57,390 nucleotides of DNA. Origin: Bacteroidales bacterium (GTDB taxonomy: Bacteria > Bacteroidota > Bacteroidia > Bacteroidales > UBA1715). The stretch spans positions 1 through 57,390 of the forward strand of contig JAAYPM010000142.1 of assembly GCA_012519815.1 (NCBI GenBank), written 5' to 3'. The notes beneath the pieces were generated by a model. It ran no database searches. It saw only the letters and a list, made by a program, of their open reading frames with translations, and was not told the DNA's origin. Below are positions 1 to 9,057 of the stretch, piece by piece. A program made the translations under genes and the position numbers. Every line of letters begins with the position of its first letter. Position 1 is the first letter of the stretch.

Positions 1-42
1 GAATGAGTAAAAAAAATAAAAACGCCGAAGAATAATTCTTTT

Positions 43-1137
43 TTATTGCGTGTACCACTCTAATAGTTTCTGAATACCTTCTTCTATTTCAATAGAATGA
101 TGCCATCCTAAGGCATGGATTTTTGAAGGATTTGTAAGTTTTTTCATAGTACCATCGGGTTTTGAGCTGTTAAAAAACAGTTCACCTTTAAAACCTACAA
201 TTTTTTTAATAGTATATGCTAAATCATGAATTGAAATATCTTTACCTGTTCCAATATTTATATGTGTATTACGCACTTCGGGATTGTTTTCTTGCACATC
301 TTTAAAGTCAATATTTTCAATACAATACACGCATGCCGCAGCCATTTCTTCGCTCCATAAAAATTCACGAAGTGGCTTTCCCGTACCCCAAATTTCAATA
401 CGTACATGCGGTTTTTTTGCTGTTATATTTTTACATTCTATACCATATTTTGCAAGGATTTCGAGTATTTCGTTTTGTGAATTTTTTCCTGTAATTCCTT
501 CAATCGGACGAGTATTTACATCATCTTGAATAGCCTCCCAATTATGGGTTTCTATGCATGAACCCAAATAAATTTTACGAATCAGTGCCGGAAGCACATG
601 CGAAGTTTCCAAATTAAAATTATCATGCGGTCCGTATAAATTTGTTGGCATTACAGAAATAAAATTTGTTCCATATTGCAAATTATAGCTTTCGCACATT
701 TTAATACCTGCAATTTTTGCAATTGCGTATGGTTCATTTGTGTATTCAAGAGGCGATGTAAGCAAACTATCTTCAGACATAGGTTGTGGAGCATCTTTTG
801 GGTAAATGCAGGTGCTTCCTAAGAACAGCAATTTTTTAACTCCATGCACATACGCATTATGAATCACATTATTTTGAATCATAAGATTTTCATAAATAAA
901 TTGTGCTCTATATGTGGTGTTTGCAATAATTCCCCCCACTTTTGCTGCTGCTAAAATTACGTATTCAGGTTTTTCTTGTGCAAAAAAATCATGTACCGCA
1001 TCAGCGTTCATTAAATCTAATTCTTGTTTTGTTTTTCCTATGAGATTTGTATATCCCTTTTGTTGCAATATTTTCCATATTGCCGAACCAACTAAACCTA
1101 AATGTCCGGCAATATATATTTTTGAATGTTTGTTCAT
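43..1137 (-). CDS. fcl: GDP-L-fucose synthase
   Basis: GHLGLVGSA Rossmann motif, LGSTCIYP, YAIAK catalytic motif; directly downstream of gmd. Confidence 0.96.
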   Translation of the reverse strand: MNKHSKIYIAGHLGLVGSAIWKILQQKGYTNLIGKTKQELDLMNADAVHDFFAQEKPEYVILAAAKVGGIIANTTYRAQFIYENLMIQNNVIHNAYVHGVKKLLFLGSTCIYPKDAPQPMSEDSLLTSPLEYTNEPYAIAKIAGIKMCESYNLQYGTNFISVMPTNLYGPHDNFNLETSHVLPALIRKIYLGSCIETHNWEAIQDDVNTRPIEGITGKNSQNEILEILAKYGIECKNITAKKPHVRIEIWGTGKPLREFLWSEEMAAACVYCIENIDFKDVQENNPEVRNTHINIGTGKDISIHDLAYTIKKIVGFKGELFFNSSKPDGTMKKLTNPSKIHALGWHHSIEIEEGIQKLLEWYTQ

Positions 1138-1221
1138 TATATAGAAATGTGAAAATGTAAACTATAAAAATGCAATTGAAACGTACAAACCATAAGAAAG
1201 ACATGTGTTTTGAGTGTGATT

Positions 1222-2379
1222 TTATTCAAAATAATTCATTGTTCTATACCCGCCTTCTCGTAAATATGTTTCTTTTTGCATTAATTTAATATCAGAATGC
1301 ATCATATCTTGTACCAATTCCGATAAATTATATTTTGGTTTCCAGCCAAGTACCGACTGAGATTTTGCAGGATTTCCTATGAGCAAATCCACTTCGGTAG
1401 GTCTAAAATACGCGGGGTCAACACCCACAATGTATTTATTGTTTTTTGCTCGCTGTAAAATTTGTTCAAGAAACTGTTCCCCAACAACCGTAGTAAATTT
1501 TTTAGCATCAACAGATGCAATAAATCCCTTTTCGTTAACTCCTTCACCTTCAAAATCCATTTCAATTCCCACTTCATTTGCCGCCATGCGAATAAAATCT
1601 CGAATAGAGGTTGTAATGCCTGTTGCTATTACATAATCGCTTGGAGTATCTTGTTGTAGAATAAGATATTGTGCTTCAACATAATCTTTTGCATGTCCCC
1701 AATCGCGTTTGCTTGCAAGATTTCCCATAAATACTTTTTCTTGCATTCCAAGAGCAATGCGACTAATAGCCCGTGTTACTTTACGCGTAACAAAAGTTTC
1801 GCCCCGAATAGGCGATTCATGGTTAAACAAAATACCGTTACTTGCATGCATACCATACGCTTCTCTATAATTCACCGTAATCCAATATGCATATAATTTT
1901 GCAACCGCATAGGGACTGCGCGGGTAAAACGGTGTTTTTTCTGATTGTGGCACCTCTTGCACTAAACCATAGAGTTCAGAGGTAGATGCTTGATAAATAC
2001 GCGTTTTTTTTGTCAAACCTAATAAACGCACTGCTTCTAAAATGCGGAGTGTACCAACGCCGTCGGCATTTGCAACATATTCGGGCATTTCAAAACTCAC
2101 CTGCACATGACTCATAGCCGCAAGGTTGTAAATTTCGTCGGGTTGCACCTCTTGAATAATACGAGTAAGATTCATAGAATCAGTTAAATCACCATAATGG
2201 AGAATTAAATTTCTATTTTCAACATGTGGGTCTTGATATAAATGGTCAATTCTGTCGGTGTTAAATAATGACGAACGGCGTTTTAAACCATGAACAACAT
2301 ATCCTTTTTTTAATAAAAATTCGGCTAAATACGCTCCGTCTTGTCCGGTAATGCCAGTTATAAGTGCTATTTTACTCAT
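1222..2379 (-). CDS. gmd: GDP-mannose 4,6-dehydratase
   Basis: [38 protein letters not shown] motifs. Confidence 0.98.
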   Translation of the reverse strand: MSKIALITGITGQDGAYLAEFLLKKGYVVHGLKRRSSLFNTDRIDHLYQDPHVENRNLILHYGDLTDSMNLTRIIQEVQPDEIYNLAAMSHVQVSFEMPEYVANADGVGTLRILEAVRLLGLTKKTRIYQASTSELYGLVQEVPQSEKTPFYPRSPYAVAKLYAYWITVNYREAYGMHASNGILFNHESPIRGETFVTRKVTRAISRIALGMQEKVFMGNLASKRDWGHAKDYVEAQYLILQQDTPSDYVIATGITTSIRDFIRMAANEVGIEMDFEGEGVNEKGFIASVDAKKFTTVVGEQFLEQILQRAKNNKYIVGVDPAYFRPTEVDLLIGNPAKSQSVLGWKPKYNLSELVQDMMHSDIKLMQKETYLREGGYRTMNYFE

Positions 2380-2492
2380 TTTTATGTGTTTTTATTACAA
2401 ATATCAAATAAAACTATTATGAAAAGAATTTTTCACAAATAAATTACCAATTCTTTTTTAACATCAGATGTTTTTTTGAGCATACCAATACA

Positions 2493-5400
2493 TTATCTGC
2501 TAATAATAAATTGAGAATCAATTTTTTTAGCTCCTTTTTTTACACGAAGCGTGTAGATACCCACACTCAAATTATGTGTTTCTATTTGAATCTGTTGTAT
2601 GCCAGCGGTAATATTCGTAAACACTTGTTTGCTACACACTTTACCTTGAGCGTTGTAACATTCAATACTAAAATCACCTTCATCAGGAGTGCTTAGTGTA
2701 ATTGTGATAAAATCATCAGCAGGATTTGGAGCGATTGAAAAAAGCGTAAGTTTATTATTAAAATCAACGCACATGCTATCAGCATAATATATTTTATAAA
2801 TATCCTGACTTATAATGTTTCCAATTACACATAAATATGGCGGGGTTTTACTGTCAGCCATTTTAGTAGTACTCACAAAAGAATACGTAAGACTGCTGCC
2901 AACCTCTAAAAATCCTTTCCATGTTTCGGCAATGGTAGGAGAATTGGGATTTTCTAATAAAAATTCAATCATATGAATAGGAGCATTTCCAGTATTTGCT
3001 ACCTGCACCGTATATTGCAAAAAGCCTCTATCGGTGATGTGATATGACACCGACATGATTTTAATTTGTTGATTTTTTAAATCTATAGGAATATGTTTTG
3101 CTATTGAATCAACGCAATTATAACTTGAAAACACAGTTAAATGAGCATAGGAAGTGTCGAGCAATGAAAATTCGTAACGAGGATTTGTTTCGTGAGAAAT
3201 TGTATTTTCCTCAAAACGCCAACTGTATGCAACCGCCCCTTTGGAGGTATTAAAAAACTCCACTTCTAAAGGAGCAGCACCAAATTCAGGATAAAATGTA
3301 AAATCAGCAACAGGAGGTTCTTGCACATATATTTTTCCTTGTGCTTTACCAATACATTCATGCTCGGTTGTTATTTCTAATGTAAATGGATATATCCCCG
3401 TATTTTTATATACAACCACAGGATTTTTTTCAACACGAATACCTATAGAATCTATATCCCATGTGTAAGAAACTACATTTTGATTAAACGTATTTGTGTA
3501 TTCTTGCAATGTGATTTCTTGCAAATTACACCCATATATTTTAAGGCTGTCAAATACAGGAGCTTCATATATAGTAATAGTATCAGATACGCGATTTGTA
3601 CATCCATTTATAGTAGTTACCTCTAATGCAATAGCATATTTACCAGGCGTTGTGAAAGTTTTACCAAACACAGAATATTGCGGAAATTCCACATCATTTA
3701 CATACCAATTACCATCAACAGGTGAGTTTTCTGGTTTATATGTGGTTTTATCAAAAAAGAACATTTTTTCGTTTTGGCAGGTTTTATTATACACAAACTG
3801 CAATTCCGCCGATTCCCGAACCTCCACAGTAATTGTAGTATCATGCGTACAGCCTAAATTTGATATAGATTGTAAATATACAGGATACACACCAATAGTA
3901 TCAAATGAATGTGTGAACGAATTTCCAGAATATGACATGCCATTAATATTCCATATACTATTTTGAATATAGCCCGACTGTATCGTTCCTGTATTAATAA
4001 ACTCAATATTGTTATGTGTGCATGCTCGCGGGGGCGAAAAATGTGAAATAGGCACTTGTCCAATATATACAGAAGTGTCAAGAACGCCAAAGCACCCAGA
4101 TTCTGTTTCGGCTATTACCCGCATAGTATTGGTACCCATGTGCAAAAATGTTTTATGAATAACATTGCCTGTAAGCGTATCAGCACCAAAAACCCATTGC
4201 GTAGCTATAACCGCAGTGCCATCGGTTGGAATAGTTATATTTTCTAATTTGGTAGATTGCCCAAAGCATATATTTTCTGCAGAAATACGAACTTCGGGAG
4301 CCAGACCTTTAATTGTAACCTCAATAGTATCATAAAGCGTGCAGCCATATATATCCGAAACAATTACCGAATATGTGCCAGCAGTGTTTACCACAAACTT
4401 AGGTTTAGTTGAACCATCATTCCAGAGATATGAGTGAGCATCATCTTTTCTTGTTAGTAGCTCAATGCTATTTCCTTGACAACTTGCTGTATCTGGTCCT
4501 AAAGAGGCTTCTTGTGCAAAGGTGCTTACTGCAACATGCACAGTGTCAGAATAGAGCATTGCTCCAAAACTATCTTGTACATTTACCCAATAATCGTTTG
4601 CAGATGAAATAGAAATAGATTGAGAACTTTCGCCTGTTGACCAATTGTAGGTGTATGCACCAGATAAACCACAATCCCACACAAGCGTTTCTCCTGCACA
4701 GAGCGTAGTATCAGAAATAGCAGTAATATCGGGTTTTTGCACACGTATAGTATCGCTATATATATATCCCCAATCATCATATACCGTAACCCAATATGTA
4801 CCCGATTTTGTAACATCAATTGAAGGTGTTGTGGCGCCTGTATTCCATTCGTAACTCACATAATACGGTTCTACGGGCACCGAAATAGTAATAGGAGCAA
4901 GATTGTACGATTCTACAATATCTGCACCTAAATCAACAGCTGGGCGATACTCCGAAGGAAAATATTTAAGACGTAAATAATTCTCAATTTCTTGTCGTTC
5001 TAACTGCGAAAGAGGACGATTGTAAATAATGATTTCTGCTATGTCGCCGTTGAGGTAATAGCCATCTTGTGGAGGTGTAAAACCTAAGGTGTTGTTATAT
5101 CCGCCTATTAAAAAATTAAATGAAGAACTCATTGCTAAACCACTTATAGCTTTAGAATCAATTAAAAAACCATTAATAAATAAAGCGTTTGTTTTGTTAG
5201 TATTATTTACCGTAACAGTAATCATTTCATCATTTCCAAACGGATTGTTTTCTGTTTCAATGCTGTTGTTATTAACATTATCATGATGCAGAAACACAAA
5301 ACCTTTTGACCATTGTGCATCATATTCTATTGCATATCTATTTGGTTGATTGCCATATAATGATTTAGAAATATATGCAGCATTTGGAACATTTGATTTT

Positions 5401-5726
5401 GCTATAATAAAAAACGTAGCTCCTTCACTTCCAATATTTAAGATATCCCCCCCATCTAAATAATCATCAACTCCATCAAAACGAACAACCGGCTTGCCAT
5501 TAAGCACATTGTCAACCAATATAGGGCGTTTGTTTGCAGCGGATTGTGTTACATACAAATATTCATTGTTGTTTGTTGTCCATGTTTCTATGGGATTGCC
5601 ATTGCCAACTGTAATAGAATCGGCACTCCACCAAGCAGCAAGGTTAGGAAGCTTGTCGGGGGTGATTTGGGCGTGTACAATGCTTGACATACACAATAAA
5701 AGAATACAATATATACTATGCTTCAT
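2493..5726 (-). CDS. T9SS-secreted surface protein: signal peptide, LamG-like domain, PKD/Ig-like repeats, type A C-terminal domain
   Basis: Signal peptide from Met at 5726 (ORF open to 5774); FDGVDDYL and GDIAEIIIYNRPLS (LamG-like); repeated Y-x-W-(N/S)-T-G and PKD-like motifs; C-terminal APNPA...GIYTLRV. Confidence 0.85.
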   Translation of the reverse strand: MKHSIYCILLLCMSSIVHAQITPDKLPNLAAWWSADSITVGNGNPIETWTTNNNEYLYVTQSAANKRPILVDNVLNGKPVVRFDGVDDYLDGGDILNIGSEGATFFIIAKSNVPNAAYISKSLYGNQPNRYAIEYDAQWSKGFVFLHHDNVNNNSIETENNPFGNDEMITVTVNNTNKTNALFINGFLIDSKAISGLAMSSSFNFLIGGYNNTLGFTPPQDGYYLNGDIAEIIIYNRPLSQLERQEIENYLRLKYFPSEYRPAVDLGADIVESYNLAPITISVPVEPYYVSYEWNTGATTPSIDVTKSGTYWVTVYDDWGYIYSDTIRVQKPDITAISDTTLCAGETLVWDCGLSGAYTYNWSTGESSQSISISSANDYWVNVQDSFGAMLYSDTVHVAVSTFAQEASLGPDTASCQGNSIELLTRKDDAHSYLWNDGSTKPKFVVNTAGTYSVIVSDIYGCTLYDTIEVTIKGLAPEVRISAENICFGQSTKLENITIPTDGTAVIATQWVFGADTLTGNVIHKTFLHMGTNTMRVIAETESGCFGVLDTSVYIGQVPISHFSPPRACTHNNIEFINTGTIQSGYIQNSIWNINGMSYSGNSFTHSFDTIGVYPVYLQSISNLGCTHDTTITVEVRESAELQFVYNKTCQNEKMFFFDKTTYKPENSPVDGNWYVNDVEFPQYSVFGKTFTTPGKYAIALEVTTINGCTNRVSDTITIYEAPVFDSLKIYGCNLQEITLQEYTNTFNQNVVSYTWDIDSIGIRVEKNPVVVYKNTGIYPFTLEITTEHECIGKAQGKIYVQEPPVADFTFYPEFGAAPLEVEFFNTSKGAVAYSWRFEENTISHETNPRYEFSLLDTSYAHLTVFSSYNCVDSIAKHIPIDLKNQQIKIMSVSYHITDRGFLQYTVQVANTGNAPIHMIEFLLENPNSPTIAETWKGFLEVGSSLTYSFVSTTKMADSKTPPYLCVIGNIISQDIYKIYYADSMCVDFNNKLTLFSIAPNPADDFITITLSTPDEGDFSIECYNAQGKVCSKQVFTNITAGIQQIQIETHNLSVGIYTLRVKKGAKKIDSQFIISR

Positions 5727-5806
5727 AATAGCAATTAAAATAATATGCAAGGTACTATTTTTTTTTAATAGCATACAAATTCTCTGTATTCGTATGTGTG
5801 CAATAC

Positions 5807-7078
5807 TTATATGGTAGTAATAATTTCTACTACTTTTTTTGTCTGTTCTTTTCGGGAATATTGGGCTATGTTGTGTGAATTGCAGCTAACAAACCCTTTG
5901 CTTTTCCATTCTGCATATAATCTTTCTAATGCCTGTGCTATTTCTGTTGAATTATTACATATTATTCCCGATTGTGTGTGTGTAATAATATGCGAAAGTG
6001 TTCCATTATCAGATGGAAATAAAAGTATTGTGCGATGCACACGGAGATAATCAAAAATTTTTGCATACAATTGTGCATGATTTGCAGAGGCTGGAAGCAG
6101 TAAAATTGACGATTTTTGAAGTAATTCAAATACTTTTTCATGAGGAATGCGTGGGGTAAAAATATGTTGAATATATGTGCTCGCATTCTTTGAAAATAAT
6201 GTAAATACTCGTTGCTTTTGGTCCATGTAAAAATTTAATCCTATCCACTGTATGTATATGTTTTTTTGAATTTCCTGAGGAAGCAGAGTTGTGGCGTGTG
6301 CAAACAACTCTATTTCTTGATAGGGATACAATGTGCCTGCAAAACTTATGACAAATTGTGAGGAATCTTGCTGAATATCGGCAAGGGGAGTATCTTCAAA
6401 AAAACCATTGAGTATAAGATGTACTTGTTTGTTTGAAATAGCATGAAATTGCTCTACAAATTCAGGAGAAACGGTTGTGATATGAGAAGCGGTGGAAATA
6501 ATTTTTCTTTCGATTTTGTTAAAAAACAATGTTTCTATTTTTGTATTGTTATAATTTGTGCTCCATCCATCTCTGTAATCTGCTATCCAAGGAATAGAGT
6601 GCTTTTTTGAAAGTTTATGAGCATACGAAAATAATAAAAACGGTTCGCCGCTTGCAATAATGTACGAAATATCATGCTGTAAACATACCGCATTTGCCTG
6701 TGTGTAAATGCCATATTTTGCATCAAAATATGGAAAAAAATATTCTGTAAACATATACCATGCAGTCAATATTTTTCTCAGTACCGAAAATCGTGTAATG
6801 CCAAATTGTATAAGTAGTCTATCGCGCATATTTGGTGTGTGTGGCACGCGATATATTGTACCATATTCATCAGTTTCGCATTGTATATTTCTTTGTGTGC
6901 TTGCTTTGCAGTAATCAATAGGATTTAAAATATGATTGTCCCAATGCCGCGTTACCACAATAGGATATAGTCCAAATTCTTTAAAATACTTATACCAACT
7001 ATACGGACGTTGTGCTCCGATTGAGTTATAGGGTGGAAAATCATAGGCGAGAATTAAAACTTTTTTCACTGCAAACAT
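5807..7078 (-). CDS. Glycosyltransferase, GT4-like (GT-B fold)
   Basis: KKVLILAYDFPP, PWIADYRDGW, KIFDYL; start moved to ATG 7078 because a TAnnTTTG element overlaps the TTG at 7096. Confidence 0.85.
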   Translation of the reverse strand: MFAVKKVLILAYDFPPYNSIGAQRPYSWYKYFKEFGLYPIVVTRHWDNHILNPIDYCKASTQRNIQCETDEYGTIYRVPHTPNMRDRLLIQFGITRFSVLRKILTAWYMFTEYFFPYFDAKYGIYTQANAVCLQHDISYIIASGEPFLLFSYAHKLSKKHSIPWIADYRDGWSTNYNNTKIETLFFNKIERKIISTASHITTVSPEFVEQFHAISNKQVHLILNGFFEDTPLADIQQDSSQFVISFAGTLYPYQEIELFAHATTLLPQEIQKNIYIQWIGLNFYMDQKQRVFTLFSKNASTYIQHIFTPRIPHEKVFELLQKSSILLLPASANHAQLYAKIFDYLRVHRTILLFPSDNGTLSHIITHTQSGIICNNSTEIAQALERLYAEWKSKGFVSCNSHNIAQYSRKEQTKKVVEIITTI

Positions 7079-7093
7079 TTTATGTTGATAAAG

Positions 7094-7101
7094 CAAATAT
7101 A
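7094..7101 (-). promoter_or_regulatory. Bacteroidota -7 promoter element TATATTTG
   Basis: Matches TAnnTTTG just upstream of the GT/T9SS/gmd/fcl run. Confidence 0.5.
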
Positions 7102-7181
7102 AAGAATAATGCCATGCTGTGGTATCTGTATGTAAATAAGTTGAGCAAAAATCAAAAAAAATGATTTAATTTGCGTTAATT

Positions 7182-7348
7182 AATGATGAATGATGAATGG
7201 TGAATGATGAGTGATGAATGATTTAAACATTAAGCACTAAGCACTAAGCATTAAACATTAAGCACTAAGCACTAAGCATTAAACATTAAGCATTAAGCAT
7301 TCATCATTAAATTAAGCATTCATCACTAAGCACTAAGCATTAAAAAAC
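7182..7348. repeat. Bipartite heptamer tandem array: (AATGATG)x6 then about 16 CA(T/C)TAAG/CATTCAT-type units
   Basis: Read directly; includes a duplicated 28-bp higher-order unit at 7228-7283. Confidence 0.97.
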
Positions 7349-7350
7349 AC

Positions 7351-7358
7351 TATATTTG
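7351..7358 (+). promoter_or_regulatory. Bacteroidota -7 promoter element TATATTTG upstream of wzt
   Basis: TAnnTTTG about 30 bp before the ATG at 7390. Confidence 0.5.
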
Positions 7359-7389
7359 TAATTAAATACATTTTGCAGGGACGATTTTT

Positions 7390-8661
7390 ATGAATACTCC
7401 AATTTTAGAACTCACAAATATATCAAAACAATACAGATTAGGATACGTAGGTACAGGAACTATGAGCGACGACCTACGGCGATGGTGGTATAGAGTGCGT
7501 GGCAAAGAAGACCCATATTTAAAAATTGGCGAAGAAAATGATCGCACACAAATAGGAAAATCTGAATATGTGTGGGCTTTACGCGATATAAATTTACAGG
7601 TGCAGCAAGGCGAAGTGCTTGGCATTATTGGAGCAAATGGAGCAGGAAAATCCACCTTGCTTAAAATTTTAAGTAGAGTTACCGGACCCACCACAGGAAC
7701 CATAACTGCACGCGGACGAATAGCTAGTTTGCTTGAAGTTGGTACTGGGTTCCACGGAGAACTTACCGGACGAGAAAATATATTTTTAAACGGTGCTATT
7801 TTGGGAATGACTAAACGCGAAATACAATCGAAGTTCGACGAAATTGTGGACTTTGCTGGTTGCCAACGATATATAGACACGCCTGTAAAACGCTATAGCT
7901 CGGGCATGTATGTGCGCTTAGCCTTTGCTGTAGCAGCACACTTAGAGCCAGAAATTTTAATAGTGGACGAAGTACTTGCCGTAGGCGATGCTGAATTTCA
8001 GAAAAAAGCAATAGGAAAAATGAAAGACATAAGCAGCGGACAAGGACGAACGGTGCTGTTTGTGAGTCATAATATGGCGGCGGTAAAAAGTATTTGTCAT
8101 CGTTGTGTAGTTTTGCAACATGGAAAAGTAGTGCTTGAAGGAAATACAAATACAGCTATTCAACAGTATCTTTCTGGATTTAAAAAAGCAGCAAACCATA
8201 GAATATGGAAACCAGAAGAAATAAAACATGAAGAATTTGAATTAAAAGAAGCATATATTAAAGGTATAGGAAAACAATTAGAAGATGCTGTAGAAATTAC
8301 AGAACCTCTTGAATTATGCATAAGCCTTGTAAATAAAACAGCTAATAATAGGATAGATACTACATTACACTTTAAAGATGGTAATGGAGATAAAATTTTT
8401 ATGATTAGTTCTAATAATGTAGAAACTATCCCACAAGACGGAAAAATAGTATATCGTTGTGAAATACCTGGCAATTTTTTTAATAATGGAACTTTTTCTA
8501 TGGATTTATATATAGTAAAAGATAGAAAAAAATCTATTTATACTGAACTTGATATTCTTGAATTTACTTTGGTTAATGAAGCGGTAGAATTAGGTAAATA
8601 TATGGGAGAAGAGCCTGGGGCGTTGCGACCGGTATTTCAATGGAAGATAAATAATGGTTAA
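7390..8661 (+). CDS. wzt: Polysaccharide ABC exporter ATP-binding subunit with C-terminal Wzt_C-like domain
   Basis: Walker A GANGAGKST, YSSGMYVRLAF signature, DEVLAVGD, C-terminal extension of about 170 aa. Confidence 0.93.
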   Translation: MNTPILELTNISKQYRLGYVGTGTMSDDLRRWWYRVRGKEDPYLKIGEENDRTQIGKSEYVWALRDINLQVQQGEVLGIIGANGAGKSTLLKILSRVTGPTTGTITARGRIASLLEVGTGFHGELTGRENIFLNGAILGMTKREIQSKFDEIVDFAGCQRYIDTPVKRYSSGMYVRLAFAVAAHLEPEILIVDEVLAVGDAEFQKKAIGKMKDISSGQGRTVLFVSHNMAAVKSICHRCVVLQHGKVVLEGNTNTAIQQYLSGFKKAANHRIWKPEEIKHEEFELKEAYIKGIGKQLEDAVEITEPLELCISLVNKTANNRIDTTLHFKDGNGDKIFMISSNNVETIPQDGKIVYRCEIPGNFFNNGTFSMDLYIVKDRKKSIYTELDILEFTLVNEAVELGKYMGEEPGALRPVFQWKINNG

Positions 8662-8673
8662 TGATAAATGAGT
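8652..8673. repeat. Left heptamer arm (AATGGTT AATGATA AATGAGT) before the four-helix-bundle gene
   Basis: 7-bp periodicity; TGGTTAATGAT at 8655-8665 is the exact reverse complement of 9025-9035. Confidence 0.75.
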
Positions 8674-9025
8674 GAAAGAAAATATTTTAAAGAATAAATC
8701 TATAAATTTTGCAATTCGTATTGTAAAACTTTCTCAGTATTTAAATACTGAGAAAAAAGAGTTCGTAATGTCAAAGCTGCTTCTACGTTCAGGAACATCA
8801 ATTGGTGCAATGATACGTGAGGCTGAACATGCTGAATCAAAAGATGATTTTAAACATAAACTTGCCATTGCTCAAAAGGAATGTAATGAAACTCTCTATT
8901 GGCTTGAATTATTACAAAAAACAGAATATATTACTCAAGAGCAATATGAAAGTATTAATACTGATGCTATTGAAATTATAAAATTACTTACAGCCAGTAT
9001 CAAAACCGTCAAACAAAAATATTAA
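8672..9025 (+). CDS. Four helix bundle protein (TIGR02436 / 23S rRNA intervening-sequence protein, Avd-like fold)
   Basis: LLRSGTSIGAMIREA...S..DF.HKL.IAQKECNETLYWLELL family signature; 117 aa; GTG start. Confidence 0.93.
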   Translation: MKENILKNKSINFAIRIVKLSQYLNTEKKEFVMSKLLLRSGTSIGAMIREAEHAESKDDFKHKLAIAQKECNETLYWLELLQKTEYITQEQYESINTDAIEIIKLLTASIKTVKQKY

Positions 9026-9057
9026 TCATTAACCACTATTCATTAATAATTAATAAA
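9023..9057. repeat. Right heptamer arm (TAATCAT TAACCAC TATTCAT TAATAAT TAATAAA)
   Basis: Five 7-bp units filling the gap between the four-helix gene and the next ATG. Confidence 0.8.

Noticed and set aside
1-58. Possible start of the next minus-strand gene (GTG at 58, VVHAIKKNYSSAFLFFLLI)
   Set aside because: Only 19 codons are visible; signal-peptide-like but not supportable
8672-9025. Diversity-generating retroelement suggested by the Avd-like fold
   Set aside because: No reverse transcriptase in the window and no TR/VR pair differing at adenines was seen
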